A DNA stretch of 64,000 nt. Origin: Octopus sinensis. Its lineage: Eukaryota. Under the pieces are notes generated by a model. It did not search any database and was not told the DNA's origin. It saw nothing but the letters and a program-made list of their open reading frames with translations. Position numbers and translations under genes: made by a program. Of this stretch, positions 1 to 9,865 are shown in pieces (the stretch's first letter is position 1; every line of letters starts with the position of its first letter). Where the stretch lies: contig NC_043023.1 in the NCBI RefSeq assembly GCF_006345805.1, forward strand, positions 310,001-374,000, in the 5' to 3' direction.

Positions 1-668
1 TTTTGGTAGCATCACAGAGAAGGTGACCTAATCCATATGAATTTCCATAGATATGATGAGGGATTATATACTCACAGAAGACAAATTTATCCATTGTTAT
101 TAGCATTACAGAGAGGGTGAATTAATCCTTTGTATATATGCACAGATTCCAATGGTGTAGATGTAAATTTCCAGAGAAATGGAGATGAATTTCATATTCA
201 CAGGCGATAAATTTCACAATGGTTGAACACAATGAGGTAGGTACCAATCCTTGTTATATGATTAGGTGTTTGCCATATTAATCACATTACTGCTATTCAC
301 AAGAGGCTGCAGCTATTTAACTCTTAAAGGTTGAGGGCTTACTAGATCGGCCAAGAATAGAGAAGGGAATATATATATATATATATATATATATAGTGTG
401 TGTGTGTGTGAGGGGGGGGGAGAGACCGCTTCTCGGATTACACTTGTGGAAAGACACGGAATGAAAGTGCAGAGTAGTAGATTGCAGGTTGCATAATCAA
501 CTGCACATACTCTATACAACAGAAACGCGTGTCGGTCATTTTAACTAATTCATAATTCAGAGAAGCAAACTCGGATTAACCCATTAAAAGAATTACAGTG
601 CGATTGCTCACCCTAAAGGATTCTTCATGCTACTTACTACACACACACACACACACACATATATATAT

Positions 669-831
669 GAGTGGCAGTGTGGTAAGTAGCTTGCTTACGA
701 ACCACATGATTCCGGGTTCAGTCCCACTGCGTGGCACCTTGGGCAGGTGTCTTCTACTATAGCTTCGGGCCGACCAAAGCCTGGTGAGTGGATTTGGTAG
801 ACGGAAACTGAAAGAAGCCCGTCGTATATAT

Positions 832-902
<71 letters not shown>

Positions 903-1120
903 TGTGTGTGTTTGTGTGTCTGTGTTTGTCCCCCTAGCATTGCTTGACAACCGATGCTGGTGTGATTATGTCCCCGTTACTTAGCGGTTCGGCAAAAGAG
1001 ACCGATAGAATAAGTACTGGGCTTACAAAAAGAATAAGTCCGGGGTCGATTTGCTCGATTAAAGGCGGTGCTTCAGCATGGCCGCAGTCAAATGACTGAA
1101 ACAAGTAAAAGAGTAAAAGA
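669..1120 (+). mobile_element. tRNA-derived SINE, family A (full length, internal (TA)n/(TG)n tract)
   Basis: Head has A-box-like TGGTAAGTAG and B-box-like GGTTCAGTCCC, then ACCTTGGGCAGGTG (CORE-like). A microsatellite follows, then a conserved 3' body ending GACTGAAACAAGTAAAAGAGTAAAAGA. About 18 related copies occur in the window. Confidence 0.9.
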
Positions 1121-1126
1121 TTATAT

Positions 1127-1160
<34 letters not shown>

Positions 1161-1838
1161 AAGAGAGAGACAGAGAGTGGGGAGCGGGTAAGCAAACGAA
1201 AGTGACATTCAACACATTTGCTCGAGTTAACATTTCCTACGTCCAAGAAACTGAGTCAAACTGCTACACACACACACACACACACACACACGTATATATG
1301 TATGTTTTGTACGTGCGTGCACGCACGCTTGAGCAAGTTCTACCTTAGTTTGTGCAGTTTTCGCATTTTGTTGTTTCCATTCCATTTCATGTCGGAGCTT
1401 TATTTTCTTTTCATTTCCCATTCATTTTATTTCTTCCATAGCGGTACTCTAAACGGTACTCTAAACAAAAGCTAGAGTTAGAAGTAATTTCTATATTTTC
1501 TTAAACATTTTCGAGACTGAACGTTAAGTCTTTAAATGTCAAAACAATTAAACTCTCTGGAAATGAAAATTAATATTTTAAATCAACTTCAAAGTAGAAA
1601 ACGTTGGAGCAGAGAATCTGTGAAACGGTTTTAATATAAACAAAACGATTGTTAAAACAATATAAAGAAATGAAGAGAAACCAAGCATCTTAAACCACCC
1701 ATCACACGTTATGCATGCCATATATGTATGCACGCAATATGTCTATACACACAAATATGCATACATGCACACATGCGCACAGCAATTGTATTTATTTCTA
1801 TTCCAACAAAAAAAATTAAATTGTTCTTTATTTTTTCT

Positions 1839-2622
1839 TTTATTCGTTTCAGTCATAAGACTACAGCCATGCTGGGGCTACCGTCTTGAAGAATATTTAG
1901 CTGAATGAAGCGACCCCAGCAATTTTTGTAAAGCCTAGTACTTACTGGTACTTTTCTATCGGCCTCTTTGTCGAACTGCCAAGTTACGGGGACGTAAACA
2001 CGCGAACACTGGGAGTTAAGAAGTGGTGAGGGACAAACACACACACACACACACACATATATACTCTTACTCTTTTACATGTGGCCATGCTGGAGCACTG
2101 CTTTCAGTCGAACAAGTCGAGCCCAGGACTTACTCTCCGCAAGCCTAGTACTTATTCTATCGGTCTCTTTGCCGAAGCGCTAAGTTACGGCGACGCAAAC
2201 ACACCAGCACCGGTTGTCAAGCGATGCCGGGTGGACAAACACAGACACACAAATACATACACACACACAAACACACACATACACAGACATATATACATAT
2301 ATACGACGGGCTTCTTTCAGTTTTCGTCTACCAAATCCACTCACAAGGCTTTGGTCGGCAGGAGGCTATAGAAGAAGACACTTGCCCAAGGTGCCACGCA
2401 GTGGGACTGAACACGGAACCATGTGGTTGGTAAGCAAGCTACTTACCATACAGCCATTCCTGCGCCTATATATATATACACACACGTGACGGGCTTCTTT
2501 CAGTTTCCGTCCACCAAATCCCTTCACAAGGCTTTGGTCGGTCCGAGGCTATAATAGGAGACACTGAAACCGGACCCATGTGGTTGGGAAGCAATCTTCT
2601 TGCAACACAGTCACACCTACGC
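1839..2622 (-). mobile_element. Three adjacent family A SINE copies/fragments (1839-2040 3' half, 2063-2466 full, 2488-2622 head)
   Basis: Reverse-complement matches to the head and body of 669-1120. Confidence 0.85.
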
Positions 2623-2849
2623 TTCTAAAAGAGGCCATCAAGCCGCTACACAGAATCGAACCCTGTACCTCTCAAATCCCATCTGAGCATTCTGTACCAG
2701 AAAGTTAAGCGAAACTTGACATTTATTAATAATAAATGCCCTCTCGATTTCCACGACTCAGATTTCGACGGTGACTCGCAGATGTAACCTGATGCGTTAT
2801 AGAGAGGCACAACTATACACACACAGATTCGAATTAATCCTCGCTGATT

Positions 2850-3218
2850 CATTTATATTCCAGTTGTAATTCCTTAATCGATATTTTCTAATCAATTTAT
2901 CAGATATACTAATCCAATCTAAAGGAATTTCCTTAAGTATTTTCATACTTTTTTTCCATCCCCAAACATTTTTCACTCCGTACCTTCCACCCAATTTAAT
3001 TCATATACCTTTTTAGATGACCTCCGAATCCAATTCAATATCTTTTTAATTCGACTATTAATATCTTTGCACTCATCTGATATTCGTATCTCTAAATTTA
3101 AAATTAATATTATTAAACCGTAATGCAGGAGTTTTATTTCGGAAACAGTCGCCTTATCTTTAAACGCTGGATTTTGGTTTCGGGCTCCATCCCACTTCGC
3201 GAAATTTCGTCCATACAC
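2850..3218 (-). mobile_element. Possible highly decayed LINE (L1/Tx1-like C-terminal) fragment
   Basis: Overlapping minus-strand ORF pieces (SSKKVYELNW; LDWISISDKLIRKYRLRNYNW) loosely resemble the post-RT region of L1/Tx1 elements. No diagnostic RT motif. Confidence 0.25.
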
Positions 3219-3219
3219 C

Positions 3220-3415
3220 CTTTTACTCTTTTACTTGTTTCAGTGGCCATGCTGGAGCACCGCCTTTAGAGGAGCAAATCGCCCTCAGGACTTATTCTTT
3301 GCAAGCCTAGTACTTATTCTATCGGTATCTTTTGCTGCATCGCTAAGTTACGGGGATGTAAACACACCAGCATCGGTTGTCAAGCGATGTTGGGGGGGGG
3401 GGACAAACACAGACG

Positions 3416-3446
<31 letters not shown>

Positions 3447-3872
3447 TATATATATATTACTTATAAAAATATTAAAAGATTAAAGATGAAATAGCTAATT
3501 GTAAACAAACCAACAAACAATCTTAAAAGAACGCTATAACAAATTAACGATCCATATATCTCGTTGGCTAACTAATAACTTTCTATCGGTCTCTTTGCCG
3601 AACCGCTAAGTTACGGGGACGCAAACACACCAACATCGCTTGTAAAGCGATGACGGTGGGGGGGGGACAAACACAAACACACACATATATATATATATAT
3701 ATACATATATGACAGGCTTCTTTCAGTTTCCGTCTACCAAATGCACTCACAAGGCTTTGGTCGGCTCGAGGCTATAGTAGAAAGGCACTTGCCCAAGGTG
3801 CCACGCAGTGGGACTGAACCCGGAACCATGTGGTTCATAAGCATGCTACTTACCACACAGCCACTCCTACGC
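3220..3872 (-). mobile_element. Two family A SINE copies (3220-3415 partial, 3580-3872)
   Basis: Reverse-complement similarity to the family A head and body. Confidence 0.85.
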
Positions 3873-4318
3873 CATCTCCACGTTCTGAGTTCAAATTCCG
3901 CCGAGTCGACTTTGCCTTTCATCCGTTCGGGGTTGATAAAATAAGTACCAGTTGAGCACTACGGTCGATGTGATCGTCATAGCAGTCTCCCGAAATTACC
4001 CGCCTTGTGCTGATCGTTAGCCAAACGCCCTAACCACTACGCCACCCGTTTTGTAAACGTGTGCATTGTGCAGTATTTTGCAGCTACTGTTTTAGAACAA
4101 AGGAACGTACACCTGTAACTACAACCAATACTACTCCAGTCAGTATAAGCGTGTGCGCATGCGTGTATAAAATATTAAATAAAATAGGAGACAACTTCAC
4201 AGGAAGAACAAAAACGTAAACGCCATCAGGATACCCGTGACACGTCTCAGATCCAACCACACGGGCGACACCAACTAAAGGGTCAGACCTCTCCTCTACC
4301 TCCTAAATTTGAAAATTT

Positions 4319-4548
4319 AAGGCGGCGAGCTGGCAGAAACGTTAGCACGCCGGGCGAAATGCGTAGCCGTATTTCGTCTGCCGTTACGTCTTGAGTTCAA
4401 ATTCCGCCGAGGTCGACTTTGCCTTTCATCCTTTCGGGGTCGATTAAATAAGTACCAGTTGCCCACTGGCGTCGATGTAATCGACTTAATCCGTTTGTCT
4501 GTCCTTGTTTGTCCCCTCTATGTTTAGCCCCTTGTGGGTAGTAAAGAT
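4319..4548 (+). mobile_element. tRNA-derived SINE, family B (full length)
   Basis: AAGGCGGCGAGCTGGCAGAAACGTTAGC head and B-box GAGTTCAAATTCC. Central GGTCGACTTTGCCTTTCATCCTTTCGGGGTCGATTAAATAAGTACCAG resembles, from memory, Deu/Nin-type central domains. More than 20 copies in the window. Confidence 0.9.
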
Positions 4549-5123
4549 ATATCTACCTCCAAAATTTTAGGGTTGCTACTGCTGCTGCTGCTCTCTCTCT
4601 CTCTCACACACACACATCAACGCTTTCATGTCACCATCTGTTTGACTTCCTCTCTCCTCGCTTTCTCCTTTCGCTTCAATGAATAACAATAATAATAAAT
4701 CTTCTTGGTTGCTTGGTTGGTTCGACATGTCCCCCAGTCTTGGTGCGGTCTAATGAGCGACCAGAACAGTCGCAGGGTTTAGCCGAGAGCGGGGGTGGTA
4801 GTGGCTCGTTTGGGTAATGGGGCGATGGTTTGGCCCAGCTGCGAATAATTTCAATGTACCTTGCTGATTGGTCAGCGTCGACCATGCGACACATATGGTC
4901 AACTTCTTTGATGTCCGAGACACACTACGTATGTAGCTCTCCCTCTCTCTCTCTCTCTATGTATATATACATATATATATATATATTATATATATATAAA
5001 CATACGTTTAAATATGTGTTTGTTATACACACAGACACATTATATGTGTTAATGTTTGTTTTTACGGTTAGTTATAATAAAACCAATTTTACATTAATCC
5101 GAGAGTTCAAGTTTCTTAAACTA

Positions 5124-5195
5124 GTTCATAGTGACTTCGAAGTTTTGTCAGGTAATAATAGCTTAACTGGTCGAAACTTCGGAGTCACTATCAAC
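5124..5195 (+). ncRNA. Pre-miRNA-like hairpin (candidate)
   Basis: ATAGTGACTTCGAAGTTTTGTCAG (5128-5151) pairs with CTGGTCGAAACTTCGGAGTCACTAT (5167-5191): 24 bp, three G-U pairs, one bulged nt, 15-nt loop. Single copy in the window. Confidence 0.35.
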
Positions 5196-5904
5196 AATAT
5201 TTTTCTTTAAGAATAAACACACACACACACACACACACACACTTGTGTTTACAAAGTAAGAGTAGCGTACACCATACAAAAATATTTTCTATGTTATTAG
5301 AAGCTGAAACCGTTTGAATCTTTACTCCGAGTTTCTCGATACCGACTATACGCGCACGCATATGTGTCCTGACACAGTGGCCCCTTATTCTCGCGTTTCC
5401 ACAACTATTTACCCGCCATCCCCCTACAGACAATCTATTTCTGCCTGGGGGACAAGCAAAAACTGGGAGAAATTCCAAAGCAGCAACAGGCCACTGGATT
5501 AGATTAAATTATATATGACACACCGGTATGTTTTTTTAGAGGTAGTGGTAGGACAGAAGAGAGAGAGGGAGAGAGAGAGAGAAAGAAAAGGAGAGAGAGA
5601 GGGAGAGGGGTAGCGGGAGGGGGAGAGAGAGTTCATTCTGCTTAAATGCATACAGAATAATTCATTAATTGCATAACTTTACGAAACATCAAATCGTTTA
5701 ACTTCAAATCTATGCAAAAACAGATCAGCTAAGTGCAGATGCATATTAAAGTCAATTTAGGTTAATTGATCAAATTTATTTCAGAGTTTTCACTTGGTAA
5801 AAAAAATAAAAGAAAAGCGGTAACAACAACTACAACAACAGAAGCAAGCGTAATGTAGCTGGAAACCTGAACATATTTCATGTGTTATCAATAAAGTAAA
5901 GACT

Positions 5905-5980
5905 GAAAACTTCCGGTTCTAAGCGGAATTGAAACTGACGGCAGAAAATTCGCCATGTTTATAAACAACCCACGTGAAAA
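5905..5980. promoter_or_regulatory. Cluster of ETS (ACTTCCGG), YY1-like (CGCCATGTT) and E-box (CACGTG) motifs
   Basis: Motifs at 5909-5916, 5951-5959 and 5971-5976, within 70 bp of non-repeat sequence. Confidence 0.25.
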
Positions 5981-6044
5981 GATTTTCAAATGTAGTCAAA
6001 GGATTCAAACAATTTCATTGGTGGAAAGAGATCTTAGTTATTCA

Positions 6045-6284
6045 TAGGCGCAGGTGTGACTGTAGTAAAGAAGCTTGCTTCTCAACCACATGGTTCCGGG
6101 TTCAGTCCCGCTGCGTGGCACCCTGGACAAGTGTCTTCTACTATCGCACGTCGGGCGAAATGCTTACCGGTATTTCGTCTGTCTTTACGTTCCGCCGAGG
6201 TCGGAAAATTAAATACCAGCTGAGTACTGGGGTCGATGTAATCGACTATCCCCCTCTCCCAAATTTCAGGGCTTGTGCCTATAG

Positions 6285-6292
<8 letters not shown>
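6045..6292 (+). mobile_element. Chimeric SINE: family A head fused to family B body
   Basis: Family A head runs to ...GTGTCTTCTACTATC (about 6144) and switches directly to family B GCACGTCGGGCGAAATGC...AGTAGAAGG. Confidence 0.7.
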
Positions 6293-6318
<26 letters not shown>

Positions 6319-6323
6319 TTCGG

Positions 6324-6402
6324 AACAAAAGAATGAAAGAGACCTCGATATTATGTAAATAGAGGAATTTATATTTACAGATATATATATATATATATAT
6401 AT

Positions 6403-6448
<46 letters not shown>

Positions 6449-6502
6449 GTAAATATAAATCCTCTATTTACATAATATCGAGGTCTCTTTCATTCTTTTG
6501 TT
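6324..6502. repeat. Near-perfect palindrome with (TA)n centre
   Basis: AACAAAAGAATGAAAGAGACCTCGATATTATGTAAATAGAGGAATTTATATTTACAG is mirrored by 6446-6502 apart from a 1-nt indel. Confidence 0.9.
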
Positions 6503-6745
6503 GTCTTGCTCTTTCTATCAATAGATCTACAAATGCAATATCCCTACATATCTCACATCTATTTTCTTTCCTCCACCTCACTCTCTATTCTGTATCTTAT
6601 CTAAATTAACTATTTCTTAACCAGCCTCTCACACCATCTCTGATGAAGGTATATAACAAATATCCTGGAAACAGCTGTAAGACCTTCTATCTATAAATGT
6701 TCTAATATCTACACACCCTTGTTTTTTTTTTTAATCTCATTACGA
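6446..6745 (+). mobile_element. Penelope-like pseudo-LTR/tail fragment carrying a hammerhead motif
   Basis: Homologous to 36340-36560. Contains the hammerhead-like motif at 6637-6682, is bounded by (TA)n and is associated with an inverted duplication. Confidence 0.55.
6637..6682 (+). ncRNA. Minimal type-I hammerhead-ribozyme-like motif
   Basis: TCT-CTGATGA-A-GGTATA/TATCCT-G-GAAA-C-AGCT-GTA-AGA. Stem I is TCT/AGA and stem III is the palindrome ACAGCTGT. The stem II base is atypical. Confidence 0.55.
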
Positions 6746-6916
6746 ATATATATATATACACACATGTATGTATGTGTGTGTATATATGTAAATAAAGTAG
6801 CTGCCTGCTGACTCCTTTTTCCATCTTATAAGGGTAAATATCCAAACTTACTCAACTGTTTTTGCATAGATATACTGCGTTCGAAATTTACTCTCAAGCC
6901 TATTATATATATATAT

Positions 6917-7056
6917 ACGATAAGAAAATGAGGAAAAACAACAAATAGAAGTGTGTCTGTTGTGCTAAAAAGCCATTATTTAATTAATTAAACCTGTGGC
7001 TTTTCAGCACAACAGACACACTTCTATTTGTTGTTTTTGCTCCATTTTCTTATCGT
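6917..7056. repeat. 140-bp foldback (about 59-bp arms, 21-nt loop)
   Basis: ACGATAAGAAAATGAGGAAAAACAACAAATAGAAGTGTGTCTGTTGTGCTAAAAAGCCA is inverted at 6997-7056 with about 3 differences. Confidence 0.9.
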
Positions 7057-7180
7057 CTTCATTAAACTACGGTTTTCCTCTTAAATTACCTTATACCAAG
7101 GACCATACTTACTGAGGTAATCGCCAGGAGTGCCTCCGGATACTTCTATCCCTTAGAGGGCTTAATACCTCTATCTTATA

Positions 7181-7225
<45 letters not shown>

Positions 7226-7268
7226 GTATGTATGTATGTATGTATGTATGTATGTATGTATGTGTGTA

Positions 7269-7307
<39 letters not shown>

Positions 7308-7623
7308 TGTCTGTGTGTGTGTGTGTGTGGCCTTTTCAAATTTCACTTGAAAAAGAAAACCAGGGTAGGGAGGGAGGTGCTATACTCAAGTGAATTTATT
7401 GAAAGGTGGCTGAAAGTTGCAAAAATGGCAAGAGTGGCTGATACCGCTCTACGTATAGACCTCTGAGTCGGAAGGCAGGAATTGGAGAGGGCACTTGGCC
7501 TTGATGGTGGTGTTCTGCGATTGTCTCTAGGTCTTCCCGTATCACAAGGATCACATCACTTTTATACATTTTAAAATTATTCCCTCACCGAAATTCCTCG
7601 CCTTCAGTCAAATTTTGAAACCA

Positions 7624-7655
<32 letters not shown>

Positions 7656-7946
7656 GTTTTTCCTTCTTTCTTCAAATTTTCTTCCGTTTCTCGCCGGGTG
7701 TTTTCCATACACCTAGGGCAGAGAAGCTCATTGTATGCATTCCCACATGCAAATGAATTTGCATGGTAAATATGTATTAAAAAATTTGATACAGAAATAA
7801 ATTTATGAATGGATGTTGTTTTCACAGTGATAATGCTCTTCTCAGTACATGAGCCGTTCCAGTTAATACGATTTTTTGCACTCCCTGTAGGGATGGTAAG
7901 CCTGGAATCATTTTCAAATCATTTTCATTACCTCTTTTTATCATCA

Positions 7947-7978
<32 letters not shown>

Positions 7979-8254
7979 GAAGGCGCCGTTTCTTTTGTAT
8001 GCTGTTGTAGACTGAAGACATTGTGTGTAGCGGGGATTTGTGCTTTCTGTCAAGTGACAAGAACCTCAGACAAATCGTACTTTACGCAGTTCCAAGTAAA
8101 GCTGAACTTTTGCAACACACCAAGATTATCATCACCATCAGCATCATCATTAGTCTTTCATCCTCTCGGGGTCGATGGAATAAGAACCAATGGAACACTG
8201 GGGTCGATTAAATCAACTTCCCCCCTCCCAAGTTCAAGGTCTATGGTAGAAAGG

Positions 8255-8286
<32 letters not shown>

Positions 8287-8806
8287 CATTATTATTATTA
8301 TTATTATTAATTCACAATGCTGAAAAGAAAACAGGGGTGGGGGAAATATACGATATAAAGCATAAAGCAAGCCCCGCCGCACCCTATTCCGCCGCTCCAC
8401 ATATCGTTTCCGTGCCACTCTTCCAATCCTTAAATTAAAATATACATATGAACGAAAAACAGAAAGGATCAGAATGAAGGGATGGAGGGAGGGAGGGAGG
8501 GGGTAGGTTCCTTTATCTATGATAAAATAAGGGAATTTTTATTCATCCATCGAATGGTATATTGAAATGTGATGGGGTGGTGGCAGGGGAGGGGGGGGGG
8601 GGCTCCAGGTCGTGATCAAAGTGTTGGAGGGAGGGGCGATAATTTTTGTTTTTTTCTGCCCTTTGTAAATTAATAATCCAGTTTTAATTTCCTCTCTGAG
8701 ATTGTGCGTCGGATGAACATTATTATTATTATTATCATGATTATTGTTGTTGTTGCTGTTGTTTTTGTAGGTGGCGGCGGTGTTATCACAATTGCTGTTA
8801 TTCTTG

Positions 8807-8845
<39 letters not shown>

Positions 8846-9074
8846 GTAGTAGTAGTAGTATTAGTAGTGTTGTTAATACTCATTACTACTTTTATGGTTG
8901 TTGTTGTTGTTGTTATGAAACTGGAACAGCAGGGGGATTGCAGACTGATTGGCTGGTTGGTGGATGTACAGGTTGTTTTGAGGTTTTTGCAAGATATATT
9001 TTTTCCCAATTTCTGTTTTTGTCTTTTTGTTGTTCTTGTTGCAACTGTAGTTGTTATTTTTGTTACTATTGTTG

Positions 9075-9865
9075 TTAAGGTGGTGAGCTGGCAGAATTGT
9101 TAGCACGTCGGGCAAAATGTTTAGCAGCATTTACATGAGTTCAAATTCCGCCGAGGTCCACATTGCCTTTCATCCTTTCGGGATCGATAAAATAAGTACC
9201 AGTCGAACACTGGGGTTAAAATCGACTTTCTTGCTGGGTTTGTACCAAAATTTGAAATCATTGCTATTATCATTATTATTATTGAGTTGACTCTGGTTCG
9301 TTCTTATTCCTTGTAAGTATCAAGGTTCTTATTCCTTGTAAGTATCAAGTTTACTGCCTGTAGCCTTAGGTATCAACAAGCTTTCAAGTGCTTGAAACCC
9401 TCCCAATAATCCTTCCTCTCCCTAAGAGACAGACTTTCTGTTGAAACTCTACAAGACATTCTATTGCAATCTCCTTCAACCATTTGTCTTTGCTTACAAT
9501 TCCCAATGCACCAATTCTTACAGACACAACCTTTACAGTTTCCATATTCAAAAGTCTTCCGATTTCAAATTTTAAGGGATTGTATTTTTGCAATTATTAT
9601 TATTATTATTATTATTATTATGGTCGTTAAGGCGGCGATCTGGCAGAAACGTTAGCAGGCCGGGCGACATGCTTAGCGGTATTTCGTCTGCCGCTACGTT
9701 CTGAGTTTAAATTCCGCCGAGGTCGACTTTGCCTTTCATTCTATCAGGGTCGATTAAATAAGTACCAGTTACACACTCGGGTCGATATAATCGACTTAAA
9801 CCGTTTGCCTGTCCTTGTTTATCCTCTCTGTGTTTAGCTCCTTGTGGGTAGTAAAGAAATAGGTA
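9075..9865 (+). mobile_element. Family B SINE copies (9075-9262 and 9628-9865)
   Basis: Match to 4319-4548. Each is preceded by a (TTA)/(TTG)n tract. Confidence 0.85.
9290..9595 (-). mobile_element. R4/Dong-like non-LTR retrotransposon 3' fragment (restriction-like endonuclease C-terminus)
   Basis: ORF 9384-9593 KYNPLKFEIGRLLNMETVKVVSVRIGALGIVSKDKWLKEIAI...QQKVCLLGRGRIIGRV matches the KYxxLxxEixrlW..V.VvpivIGALG...lQKxxLLGtarIlr pattern of R4/Dong RLE elements. Confidence 0.75.

Noticed and set aside
671-745. tRNA-like A/B boxes here and at other SINE heads
   Set aside because: No complete cloverleaf, and each continues into a repeated SINE body, so they are not tRNA genes.
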